A stretch of DNA of 57,180 nucleotides, filler included, from Catajapyx aquilonaris (lineage: Eukaryota), in assembly GCA_000934665.2 (NCBI GenBank). It is 2 parts of 2 records of this genome, joined end to end, with 100 filler letters (N's around TTAATTAATTAA, not from the genome) between each part and the next. Parts side by side here need not be neighbours in the genome. Positions count along the whole stretch, not along the records: positions 1 to 28,556 come from KZ539245.1; positions 28,657 to 57,180 come from JYFJ02004905.1. One strand, written 5' to 3'. Made by a program: the position numbers and the translations under genes. The notes under the pieces were generated by a model. That model was not told the origin of the DNA, did not search any database, and worked only from the letters and a program-made list of their open reading frames with translations. Positions within the stretch are counted from its first letter, which is position 1, and every line of letters begins with the position of its first letter. Shown here one piece after another: positions 26,091-39,037 of the stretch.

Positions 26091-26273
26091 GCTTCAGCAA
26101 TTTCTGGTCTGCTTTCACCATATGATCCCATTTCACTGGGCAGCTCACGGAGGTCAAGTGAGGCCTCCAGTGCCCCTCCTCTCACTGCCAGCATGGCTGC
26201 TCAGTTGCAACGTTTACATCGGCGAGCTGTTATATCTCAGGAGCTTACCAGCACTCAAAACCTTGTTGTTCAG
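26091..26273 (+). CDS. ci: ci exon (SPYDPISLGSSRRSSEAS...NLVVQ)
   Basis: ctcctcag acceptor, CAG|GTTGGT donor, 183 nt; Gli-conserved YDPISxxxSRRSS. Confidence 0.9.
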
Positions 26274-26345
26274 GTTGGTTGAATCCCACTAGGCTTTGTA
26301 AGTATCTTTTGATAAAGATGACTCACCAGGCAACTTCATTTCTAG

Positions 26346-26756
26346 ACACAGAACATGTCCTTGAGGCTAAACAGTGGAGGCTTGACATCATGGTCAGGTC
26401 CTCCCTCATCTGCAAGCACTGGTGCCAATTGTACAAGTGGAAGTGTAAATGGCGGTGGACACCTGCCTGGTCCCCAGGTAATTGGCGGAGAGGGACGACG
26501 TATGTCGGACCCTTGTCGGCCCCTGGAACGCAGCCTGCCTGCCGAGCACAGTGCACCTATGCAACGTCACAATAGCTGCAGCAACTTTAATCCCCGTAAT
26601 CCATTGCCTCCCATTGTGAGAGTGGGAAGTGGTGGAGGAGGTTCTGAGCAGTCACATCATCCTAACCAGGGTGTGGCACTGGATGAAGTGGAAGAAGGGG
26701 AAATGGTTGAAGACAAGCTTGTCCTTCCAGATGAAATGCTGCATTACTTAAGTCAG
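26346..26756 (+). CDS. ci: ci exon (TQNMSL...RRMSDP...HHPNQGVALDEVEEGEMVEDKLVLPDEMLHYLSQ)
   Basis: tttctag acceptor, CAG|GTAAGA donor, 411 nt; RRxSDP and LVLPDEMxxYL are Ci/Gli hallmarks. Confidence 0.9.
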
Positions 26757-27194
26757 GTAAGAGTTTCAGTTACTCAGTGAAATACAGTTGAATTCGGATA
26801 TCCTCCTGAGACCTGATGTCGTCATATGTTGACATCAGCAAAAAAAAACTACATTTGGTGCGAACTAGTGATGCCAGCAGAACTGTTGGTATCCCATGAT
26901 TACAATCTGCCCTCAATAGATTTAGCCACTTAGCGCCTATTATCTTACTTTGGCCGCGAAAATTAAATCACTCATGAAAATGGTGGATGCCGCTGCTGAA
27001 GCTAGGCGCTCATCTGATCAGTTTTATTTTTTAAGAGCGCGCTCTAGCCTTCCCCTCCCAGTGAGTTGGGAGCATGTCGAGGTCCGTCCCGCCAGTTAGA
27101 CTCATGGTTGTTAGAGTATATCCTTCCTATGGTTGGACCACGGTCATAGGGTTGGACCGTCCGGCTAGTGGGCGGTGATTGGTGGAGGGGGAAA

Positions 27195-27695
27195 ACGTCA
27201 CGGGGAGGATAAATTCAAACTGGGATGCAATGTCACACACTTTACGTAATTATTTTCACACACTTCTAAGTGAGCTAAAAATTTGAGAATTGGCAGACCT
27301 GTAACCCAGACATCCAAGACTACGTCAAATGTCCCGAATCACCCTTTTTGCCCTGGGGCCGGCCCACGGGCGAAAGTTCTTAGGCAAGGCAAAAAGGGCA
27401 TAATTCCCTTCTTGGCTAACCGAATGGCACAAATTGGCACACTGAACACTGACATTGAACCACTGACAAACATACGCAAAGATTGTAACACAATTCACAC
27501 CACCACACACTTTGCACGTACCGTATATGAAGACTAGAAGACATGTACCGATGTACCCTTGCATGTACCACAACTTAACACATAGGATCTGATAATGATG
27601 ATGATGACGATGATGACGATGATGATGATGATGATGATGATGATTGTTGTTGTTATTATTGTTATCATAATTATAATAGTAATAACAACACCAAT

Positions 27696-27749
<54 letters not shown>

Positions 27750-28143
27750 TATTATCAGATCCTATGTGTTAAGTTGTGGTACATGCAAGGGTACATCGGT
27801 ACATGTCTTCTAGTCTTCATATACGGTACGTGCAAAGTGTGTGGTGGTGTGAATTGTGTTACAATCTTTGCGTATGTTTGTCAGTGGTTCAATGTCAGTG
27901 TTCAGTGTGCCAATTTGTGTCATTCGGTTAGCCAAGAAGGGAATTATGCCCTTTTTGCCTTGCCCAAGAACTTTCGCCCGTGGGCCGGCCCCAGGGCGAA
28001 AATGTGTGATTCGGGACATTTGACGTAGTCTTGGATGTCTGAAATTTTTAGCTCACTTAGAAGTGTGTGAAAATAATTACGTAAAGTGCAGGACACTGCA
28101 TGGAAAGCCCTATCCCAGTTTGAATTTATCCTCCCCGTGACGT
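27195..28143. repeat. ~950-bp imperfect palindrome: ~400-bp arms around an (ATG)n...(ATC)n microsatellite core
   Basis: 27195-27596 is the reverse complement of 27751-28143 with a few substitutions and two indels. Confidence 0.92.
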
Positions 28144-28556
28144 CACGCCAAAAGCCATGGTCAAATATGGAGGTATCGGCATGAAACTCGAGTATCTGGT
28201 CGGGAAGGAGTTGAATTTGCATTTGGTGTGTTTATTTTTCTCCTGTGGCGATATTTGCGTCAGCCACGCCCAGGTATAGATTTGAACTTTGTCCCGCAAT
28301 CACTCCTTTCCATGTCGGTACTTGTGAGATTTGACTCCATAAGCTTGTTTCTACACAGTAAAACCAAAAGTCTGTAAAAGGGCACAAGTGTGGCAGTCCT
28401 GGTTTCGCCAAATCTTTGCAAAAGAAAGACTCCCTCCATGAGCAATAAGGACTGGCCGGGAGAAGGAGACGATGTGGCAGCGCCGACTGCCCCCCACCCC
28501 ACCCCGCCCGCCGCCTCACTCTCCCTTAGTACTACCCTGCTCAAGGCCGTACGCAG

Positions 28557-28656
28557 NNNNNNNNNNNNNNNNNNNNNNNNNNNNNNNNNNNNNNNNNNNN
28601 TTAATTAATTAANNNNNNNNNNNNNNNNNNNNNNNNNNNNNNNNNNNNNNNNNNNN
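28557..28656. other. Synthetic contig spacer (44N-TTAATTAATTAA-44N)
   Basis: Symmetric, exactly 100 bp; palindromic core gives stop codons in all six frames. Confidence 0.93.
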
Positions 28657-30409
28657 AACTGATTATTATATATTCTGAGAGTGGAAAAAAGTACCGAGAA
28701 AATCTAGTCGAACACAGAGCTTATCAACAGTGAGAAAATCTAGTCAATTGTAAAAATTAGCTTATTTTTGTCTGCCTGCCGAATGCTTATATAGGACTGG
28801 TTTTTTTTGCGATGTTGTCTAGGACAATATGACTGTCAGTGATTCAATTGTAAACATGAGGCGGCAGGTGTTTATTTTTGGAAATTGTAGGCCGATGCAT
28901 TATGCATTACTAACATGACATGTGTACATATACAAACGGAACGCTTGATAAACTTCGTTGTCATCGCGGACGGAATCCTAAATCCATATTTTATACTACG
29001 ATGTCGTATGTTCCGAAAAGTGCGTGTTTGCCAAAATTCGACCAATATTTTTTTTGTAATATGTAAAATGATTTTAAGGGTCGGTTTTTATTCTTTAAAT
29101 TGGGCTGACATTTTCCGTGTTTGAACAGTTTTTAAAAAATGTCCCTCACTCTTTTTACTCAAAATATTTTCGAGAGCACAATGCAATATGACCGAGGCCA
29201 GTATGTGAGGTAATTACATCTCCTCCAGCTTCCTTATGGAAAAAAAGACAATGACCCTCGGGGTCATTAGCATCGCGTCGCACTATAGTACACATTCAGC
29301 ATACTCAATAGACATCCTCCGTCCTTGGGTTGCATTTCAAGTGGGAGAAAGAGTGAAAAACCGCTCCAATAGAGCGGAAAACCACTCGAAAATTTTTAGC
29401 GTGTAGTAAAAAAGGGCCCTTGGTCCAGGATCAGAACTGTTACCTGTTTGGGGATCCTCGTGACCCATGGTAATGTCAGTAATCTGTGGTATCTGGGCTA
29501 AGTAGACCCACCGCGAGTAATGACAGGGGTGGATGGGAAAACAGGAGGTGGGCTTACTTTAGTCCACCCACCCAAAACCCACCCCCTTTCTTATTGATCT
29601 AGGGTTAACTTTACATGCTTCAGGCCTTCTTTGTAACTAGGACAATATCAAAATTGAAGCAATTTTCTGATCACATACGAAAGCGCCCAATCCTGTTAGA
29701 AATTTGCATGTGCACATCCGCTCATAAGTGCAAATTGGGCTACGCCACTGCAGTTAGCCAAGAATTTACCCTGTCCAATCAGATATTTCCAAGTCTGGCC
29801 CGTAATCGGTGCGTATCAGAAACCGATCTGCAACATGCCAACCTCACGATCCTAAAGCCAGGTCACCACAGGTCACCTCCGTACAGTCTTTTCCACTATA
29901 CGAAAAAAAAGCTGGAAAATGGCATAAATTTTTTTTGCATTTTCATTTTGACCACTTTGTAAAATAGGTGTTGGCGCCCCAGGTGAGGTCCTTCATTTTC
30001 CTAGTTTTCACCCATGATGGGAACAGACGCCCCTCGAGCCCCTCCCACCTCTCACGTGCCTCCTTTCGCAATGTCCGCGTCCAGATCGCATCAAAAACGC
30101 CCGCAATCACGTACCTTTTTTTTCTCCTCCATGGTCTGGTCGTGAAACCTCCAGGTACAGATCCGATCTTTTGTCCATATCGCCCTGTAAACTATTCCTC
30201 TTATATTTTTTTTATGTTCCTTGTTGGTAACGTTAGTGGGAGGATCGGTTGGTAACCCCCTAGTTAGACCCGTATTTTTCGAATGGTCAAGGAGCAATTA
30301 GCCTTTGCACCGTCGCCATCAATATCAGGTAGGCGAAACCCCTTCTTAATGGGGGGATCAGGGAGCCACCCACACCTTGCCAAATTACTCCGGTTTTCTT
30401 TTATCTACA

Positions 30410-30720
30410 CTAGGGCCTCACACCATGGCTGTTGGGGGTGGATAGAGACGTCATTGTTGTGACAGACCCTTGATTTAATCGCTGGTTGAAAGGTGTCGGT
30501 TTTAATTTTTGGATGTAACTTGACACCTGCAGACTCCTTTTTGTTATGTAAGTCGAATTCACACCCATTTAAAAAAATCGACAAGTAATGTACAGTTTCC
30601 CCGGGAACCCAACAGAGGAGTTGTTTATACCATATTGCGCATGGGGAGGTGGCAGTAACAATATGCGGCGGACCAATCAGAGGGCTCGGTCAACTCCCGC
30701 AAGGATTTTAATATTATAGA
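30410..30720 (-). mobile_element. Probable non-autonomous Helitron
   Basis: Minus strand reads A|TCTATAATATTAAAATCC...GGCC-CTAG|T: 5' TC, 3' CTAG, inserted between A and T, no TIR. The subterminal hairpin is weak. Confidence 0.45.
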
Positions 30721-32458
30721 TAAGAAATATTGTATTTTATATTTAAAAATCAGATATGTGCAATATTTTGAAATAATTCAGGTCAGGTGATCTAACTCCA
30801 GGTGTGTACCGCTAGATGTCGGGCCATTATGAACCCCCATGTAGATGTCGCCCCATCTATCGTTCTTAGCCTTAATTAGCGCTGCCAGAGTGGTGCCATC
30901 TGGTAACAAACTTGCGTGGCATCCGTGAACTACCTGGTTTTCTTACGAGGATGCCTTGGATGATGCGGTGGAATCGAGGGTAGAGAGTTAAAGGATGGAT
31001 GTTTTTCTGTGCCTGAGAGTGAAGGCATGCTTAGCGGAACGGTGGGTTGAACTTGGGTGTGCTGCTGGAATTCAGGAAAAGCACGCAGGTGTATCGGAGC
31101 GAGGTTAATAGTGCGCCTTAACTAACAAATGCCGGTGTGAATTTTGGGGAGGGAGTGAGGGCTGACAGCAGGGCCAATTACCCATTTTTTTAAAAATCCT
31201 TTTTCTTTAAGGGTGGGCTATAAGGCGCGTGGATTCACCAAACCGGTACCTCTATACTTCGTGGGGGGGGGGGGGGGGGGANGGGTAACATGGAGATAAA
31301 TTGAAACACATTGCTGACTTCTTCATGCCCACTCTGTATATGGTAGGCTCTAAAAGTATTTGGTCCAATGGTCGGTCCGGTTGATGTTACAAAGTTCATT
31401 ATTCGCACGTCACAAGAGCAGAAACAGTCATGTGAACAACAGGACAGTAATAAAAATATGCGAATCGTGGGCAGGGTAATCAAGCGGTTATTACATGCGA
31501 ATAAAAGTGTGTCCTTTTATTGTGTAGGGTGCGGCCAAAGTCGTGTTGGAGCGCAAATGGGTTCCGCGACAAAAATAAGGCATATGGGAAGTGTGGCAGC
31601 AGACACTCCACCTGAAATTAGCTTACATATACAGTAAACTATACCCATGAAATGCATCGCTTGCCCCTAATTGCTTCATAATAATTAAATGTACAACATT
31701 ACATCCTCATACTGATATTGTCCAAAAAAAAGGTAGCCATTTACGTAGCTGTTTAATATAAAAAAATAGATCATGACTTACAGTTTATCGGCATGTAATC
31801 AAAATAAACTTGGTTAACCAATTGCGGACAGAAAAGCACCGATCGTCATACCGCAAGTGTCGTCTGCAGAACAACAATTGCGAACAACAAGCGAAAAAAT
31901 TTGCGATGGTCGTCACGTTTCATACATCGTATGAGTGGCATAACTGGATTTATGAATCACTGTACAAAATGGATCCTCCTCTTTTGTTGTGTTCTTCCAA
32001 AGTCGAGTGACGCGTGACGCCAGCAACAAACATGTAGATGTTGCTTCATCTTCTTGGGAATGCTTCTTATTTGGTTGGAAGAGAGAACAATGGCTAGATG
32101 TACTTGAGGAGAAAGTAGATGCTTCGCTTGTGTTCTGGATTGTTATCAGAGTCCTGCGAGGTTTTTCTTGTGGGGGGGGCGACGGGGGCGACACCTTTTC
32201 ATGTTTCTTTGGTCGACATCTATGAAGCAACATGATGATTGGCACCAATTGAGTATATAGGGAATGCGCAACTCATCGGGAAATTTTTGAGGGGAAAGCC
32301 GCCCCCGCCAGAAATAGATTAATTGAACTATATAAAAATGGAGCCAAATTGCGATGGCGCAATTGTTTGGGCCTCCAGGCTCAAATGTCAAACGAAGAAT
32401 TTTTGTCTGCTTCTCACGATTACGGCTGCCCTATTTTCCACTGCCGGGAATTTATGTA

Positions 32459-32673
32459 CAGGGTGGTGCATCACTTTCCTCCAACAATTGGTCGCGCTTA
32501 ACATCATTTAACAATTCAACCTGTGCGGTTATGGAATTATCATGTCCTTAAATTAACCTTGATAAACAACCAAACAAACTTTGCCTTTTATATATGGATA
32601 ATAATTTAGCACTGCATGTTGACTATTTTTTTGTAGATTTCTTATTTTGAACTATGAGCAGTGAACCACCCTG
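32459..32673. mobile_element. Tc1/mariner-type MITE
   Basis: TA-CAGGGTGGT...ACCACCCTG-TA. Confidence 0.65.
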
Positions 32674-35600
32674 TACATTTGGATTGCACAACCGATCTAT
32701 TTTATTGCAGATGCTAATTCGTGAAGGTTTTGGGAACCTGCTATTCAGTGCGTTCCGAATTGGAATGGATGTGTTGGGGAAATAGTGACGATTAAAAGTG
32801 GCGATAAGGGGGCGGAAAGGGAGGTCACGTACAGCGTTGTGTGTTTTTTTTTATATACACACAAACACACAGGTGAGTGTCAGGTGTGATGGGCGGATTT
32901 GTACGATCATGCAAAAAAATAGCGGGGGCAAAAAAATATATATATCGGGAGGGGAGGGGTTAATCTGATGGTTGTAAAAATTGTTCCTCTGACAATAGCA
33001 ACATCCAAGGATTTCCTTCTGGGATATTCCTACGGGGATTTTTTTTTTGCGCATTATACTTGGGAGTGAACGCATTGCAATGAAGCACAGGATTAGTCAC
33101 AGTAGCAGGTGCGTTTTATAATTAGCCTAAGTCATTACCTCGGTTCTCAAGACAGCAGCAATGAATCAGAATTCGTCGTAATTCCTTTTTTTGTTGGACG
33201 AAAAAATTGCCTGCTAAATACTGTATAGCCTATAATAATAACAAAATGGGTAAATAAATAGGATATAGTAAAATAGACGCAAATAAATAGATTAATAGCT
33301 AAATAGGTAGGTAAACCTATAAATAGATACGGTATTATTAGTATGTGAGTTTAATATAATGGAACAATAAGACAAGTGATAAGTAGACCAAGGAAATAGA
33401 CAAATAAAGCAATAAATTTACAAATTAATAGGACAATAAATAGAACAACACTGAAATCTATAGACCATTTATTAGAACAAGAAATACTGTAGATCAATTA
33501 ATAGAAGAATAAGTTAATAAATAGAACAACAAATAGAACAACAAATTAATACATAGAACACACCCAAAGGCCCTGTAAAGCCCACAGGGGTAATGAAAAA
33601 ATAAATACATACATACATAGGACAAGAATAGAACAACAATTAAATAAATAAATAGCTCAAAAAATGAAGGGCTGTAATTAGGATTAGTGAAATCTCATTA
33701 TGATGATGACTCTGGGTTGAAAGCTTTGCAGACATATTTCCCTTGGCAACCGATGCAAAAATGATGTCGTCAGTGGCGAAAAATTCCAACTTCCTCTCCT
33801 GAGTGTCGTTTCGCCCTCCCCCCCCTCCCTACCCTACCCCCCCCCCCCCAAAACCCCCCAAAGGCCTAAAAATCTCTCTCCTTCTCTTTCCGCCCCGCAA
33901 CCACGACCATGGAGGAAAAGCCTGGTAGGGAATGGTACAAAGAGACACCGGCCATCTCCATATTTCACGCCACTTAAGCCTCACTTTTACTTTTTTGCGA
34001 GATTTTGCTGGGGGTGGAGGGGGCAGGGGGCAGGGTATTAGAGGAGGGGGGGTGGGGGGTAGTTGGTGGAAGCAAAGAGACTCTTGGACCATTTTTGTGT
34101 GTGAAGGTTTCAATGCCTACCGGATGCTCACTACTGTGCAATCTGCAAGATTGCATTAGTTTTCGCCAAAATTTTTTGAACAATTAAGAGATGGAAATTT
34201 TCATAAATCATATAGAAATTGCGATTATTTTGTCGTAACTTATGGCTTCATTGATTTGAATCTTGGGTAATAGTGAGATGGGAATGTGACTGAACTTTAA
34301 TTGCGATTATTTTGACGTAACTTATGGATATGAACCGGCAAGCAATATTGAATCAAAATGTTAATTTTGAATCTTGAGGAATAAAGATATGGGAATGTGA
34401 CTAATCGAAAATTTAATTGCGATTTTGTTTGTGGTCAGTGAATATTCAAAACCTGAGGGATCACCCAGATATAGGCTACTTTTAAAAGCCTGAACGAAGT
34501 GCAACACTGCACATTTTGCATACAATTCACGATGGAAAACCAGACGATTATAACTGAAGCTGCAGTTTTTTTTAACGCCTTAAAAAAAAGCTGTACAACC
34601 GGATCCGTGGAAAAAACGGCGCCCATTTCCATCTTACCCTTTGGCAATTACGTCGTCCTTCAGTTTTTCGTAGACGTGCCCGATGGCAATCGCCACCGGA
34701 CATCCACAGAGAGATAGCCACCACCAATGTTTTCTTTTACGAGGGATTGCCCAACGACGCCATCTGTTCCTCAAGGATATGTCGAGTATGAGACGAATGT
34801 GGTGGGCTAACATCTGAGCACCGGATTCATTATCAAAAAAATCATCTCTCACACACATCGGACAGAACTTAGAAAAAAAAATAAATAATAAAACCGGTCG
34901 GGATTTTACCCTGCTTTGCACGCCACTTCCACCTACCGGTCGAGACTCCAACTCACTGCTGAGTGGAAAACTACTCTATCCTTACAACCCGCAACCTTAC
35001 CATCACTTTTGGCCCACTGGGCACGTAGCATCCAGGGGCAAGAGACGGTGTCCAAATTAATGGCACATGTTGGCTGTTGCCTGGCTAATTATGTTTAAGA
35101 CGACAAAAGGAGGAAGAAAGGCGGCGTTGTTAGCAAGGGGAATGTGTGCGAGCCCATTTGTCTCCGTTAATGCATGAAGGCGTTATTCATTCCCATGTGT
35201 CTGTCTATTTGTGGCCATTCCTCGTGTCCGCAGAAGCGAGTCGGGACCTCCCTGTACTAATAATAGTATGTTGGAAAAGAAAAACACGAGTTGGACATGC
35301 TGTACTGTGATTCTTAAAAAGCTTGAAATTTTTGTCATTTATTTATAGCCTGTCTCTCTCTATAGACACAATATATTATAAATATTTAAACACTGGAATA
35401 AATTGGGTGAGTAATAATAAAGAGCCGAGGGGTCCTTTGTGTAGCATGGTAGAGCCTCTTTTCGTTGTCAAGTGCAACATAACCGAAAATGACAAGGCTC
35501 TTCGTCGTTCCGCCCTTTTGACGTGCAAACAGCACCGACACGGGTTGCCATTTTCTTCAGAGAGGAGAGGGAGGGAGGGAGAAGTTGGATTACACAAAGT

Positions 35601-35785
35601 TGCATTTTATGCTTGAGGTAACTCATCCTGCTTCGAGCTCCCCGAGAAAAGTCTCTCCCTCCTTTTAAAACTCCCCCAGTTTACTGATACAACAACCTCG
35701 GGCCAAATTTCCTTTTTAAGTAATGCGAATTTTGGATTTAGGTCGAGGCGTGTCTGCTATGCATAGGGAAGTATACAGTATACAG

Positions 35786-36192
35786 ATGGTGTCGTACTGG
35801 TTTCGCCACGAGCCAATGGCGGCAAAAGAAAGAATCGAAAATTGACCTCCAAATGACCACCTTCACTTGTTGAGTTATGATCAAGACTGATCATAAATCA
35901 TAATCGAAATTTTCCTCCGAATCACTATAAGTGAAGGTGGTCATTAGGAGGAAAATTTCGATTTATTTCGATTTATTTTGATATTTTGGTTGATGAACAA
36001 GTGAGAGTGGTCATTCGGAGGCAAATCGATTTATTTTGATTTATTTTGATAGGTGATCAATGGTCATTCGGAGGCAAATTTCGATTTATTATGATTTATT
36101 TTGATATTTTGATTGAAGATGGTCATTCGGAGGCAAATTTCTATTCACTCTTTTACCACCATGGGCTCGTGGCGCCACCAGTACGACACCAT
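35786..36192. mobile_element. TIR element with internal tandem repeats
   Basis: ATGGTGTCGTACTGG...GCCACGAGCC inverted at the right end; internal ~50-70-bp repeats GGTCATTCGGAGGCAAATTTCGATTTATT. Confidence 0.65.
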
Positions 36193-39037
36193 TAATGCCC
36201 CGCACTGTATACGTCGAGATAATGCAAAATTTTGCAATGCTTCGGAGATTTTCATTTATAGTATGATAAATCCTATAGTTATTCGAACCCAACATCGAGC
36301 TGCAACGCGCCACGTGTTAATGCAGAGTATTTTGCAATATTCCGCACCCACTGCCGGGGCTAGCTATATCAAAAACATGTGTTTACACTTTAGCCACCCA
36401 CAAAACCAGGGGAATGGTGCAGAGTAGAGGGTTTTGCAAAGGACCAGAGAGGGAAAAGAGCAGTTACCCAAACTTTTCCTCCCATTATCTCCAAAACGAA
36501 AAAATCATCTCCGGAGAAAATCCACCCGCAAAAACCGTTTCGAGAAAACCCTGAGAGTCCCTCGGATCTAAAAAAAATTGTGTGTGGGGGTTTAGACCCA
36601 AAATTTTACGGGGGAAACTCACAAGTCCCTACCCAACTTTAACCCAAAACCTTCTCCCCCATTCCCTCTCTCCCATTTTCCTCCCCCCTCCCCCCTCCCC
36701 CCATTTCACTGTGTTCAGTGGCTAGAACGGGTCGATGCTTGCCTCTCAATGAACTACCGCACAGATTAATATGGAAATATGGGGCCTAATGGAAGCCCAT
36801 AATCAGAGGGAATGAGTTACTAAAGATGCAACAATTGGAATAAAAAGCCCTCCCTCGACTTTGCCGAGAGTTGGCCGCCGAATAAAGGGGTTTAAGAGGG
36901 ATCGCAAAGCTGGGTCTCTCTCTCCCCCTCCTCCTCCTTTCCCCCCGCCTCTCCCCACCCACCCCTTGGGAATGAGTAATCTGCAAGGAAAAAGGAAATG
37001 TCGAGATGGCGGAATGGAAAGTGAAGTGAGTGAGTGAAGAACATAGTGGCTGGCAGGGGACTATATATGTAAAGGGGGGGAGCAACTTTCTGGTAAGAAG
37101 GGAAAAAAAAACTTCATTAACCGTATTGTCCCAAGTCTCAGACTTTACAAAAAAAAGAAAATAAAAAAAGATGAATTCGTTAAGAAAAAAAAAACTTTTT
37201 GGCATCTTCAAACTGTGGGCGTGACTATTCATGCATTGCTCTGGCGAGAAGTTTTTTGGGGGGGGAAAAAAATGGAAAGTTGCTCATCTTATAATTAGGA
37301 CTAAAAGGGAATTTTGCCTTTCAATGACGGGCTTTCACTAGGAGGTTACGCTAAAGTGAGGTAATGGCCAGAATTATTCGTCGCCAAAACCCTTTCAAAA
37401 CCGCAAAATTGACTAATCGCATTCATGAGTCATGGCCGATCTGATGGTATTTTTATGCCATTTTTTGTATGGTGATCAGGCAGGAATTTTAAATATTTAA
37501 TAATAATATAGGATTTGAACAAGTTGCCATTTTTTTACACCTTACAGTATGAAACCTACACAAGCATATAAAGCAGAAAGTTTGTTTGTATTTATGTATT
37601 CCACAGCTACCTAACCCACTTTCGGAGTACTGAGAGTGCTGAAACTTGGCACGCTGACGTTTTACGTGCCGCTTATTTAGGGAAATGGCCGAAAGTCGCA
37701 CTTTTTAAGTCTAAAGACTAAAAACTTTGATTTTTTTTGTTTTAAAAAAATATGTTTGGTGTCTCATCTGCGGAAATTGCGGCACATTTATTTTATTTAT
37801 CAATCTCCTTGCTGGTATACAGTATATATTGACATATTTCTGAGTAATTACTGCTGGTTGTTGGAGCAAGTGCATGAATGGCATTATACATTTTGCCAAA
37901 CATGCTCATCACCTGCTCATAGTGGAAGTTTGAGTCGTAGTTAAGAGGAATGCGTATATAGGAGGGTTACTTCACGCTAATGTGATCACGTCCTTGGTTG
38001 TGGTGACGGTACCGGAAGACTTACGCCGAAACAACTCCCCCTCCCCTTTCCCTCCTATTTTCGCCAAGAAACTTTGCCCCAAACAATGCAGAGGGGGGGG
38101 AGGGGGGGGGGCTTCCAAGTTTTCCTCGTCTATTCCTCTGCCTTGCTCCTCCTCCGTCTACTGCTGGCGTATTATTACATATAAGAGTCATTAGGCCCGT
38201 AACGCAATTAGACAGCGCTGGGAGGAGGAGCACACGAAACATTGAGCTCCTTCCCAGCCTCTGACACTTCCCTAACTTTGCGGGGATGCACCAAGTTTTC
38301 TTGCCGCACCGAGGCATCCCAAACTTGCTCTAACCTAAAACCGACCCGGATTTTCGATACCGAGAGGCATACACACATAGTGGTTATAGCCTACTGTAGT
38401 AGTAACGTGCGTGGACGATGGTAAGTCGACCGTGAAAATTGGGATATAACTTGTAGTCACATTCTGTGCTGGCAGCCTCACTTAATAAATGGCCAACAAA
38501 GTGGGAGCCACTGACATCTTGTTTAGAAATAAGCCCTGGAAGCCTCTCTTTGTCCGGAACATCCAGAGAAATGAGCCCTCCGGATTGTATGTCCTCCCCC
38601 GGAAGAAGCATGTCAAACATGTAAACACGGCAAATAGAGTTGTCTGGGAGTGAGATAATCCCGGTTGTGATTGCCAAGTTGGAGGATGGGTGGATGGGTG
38701 GCAGGGACGGTTCTCTCGTCAGGGAGACAAAGTGGCGCAGGGCAGGTGACAGATGGGCGTGCCAGCGCATCCTCCGCGGCTAAATTTGCCCCGCGGCCGT
38801 TCCGTGGTGTTGACCACGTCGATGGCAGCTCTTCTCCGGCCGCTTCATCACCCGCTCCAGACCGGACTCTTTTTCTCTGTCTCGGTGCTTGCTGAGAGGA
38901 AGGAACTGGGTTGAGAAGAAGGGGGCGAAAAAGAGATAAAATAAAAGGGTCGGTTCTAGACATATGTCTTGTTTTTGTCTCCTGATACGACACTAGGGGG
39001 TTAAAATATGCTGGAAATTAGCTGATTACCGGATTCA

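Noticed and set aside
27534..27813. Poly-Met/poly-Ile ORFs
   Set aside because: Translations of the (ATG)n/(ATC)n microsatellite.
31913..32248. 111-aa minus-strand ORF
   Set aside because: Low complexity, no domain and no convincing splice context.
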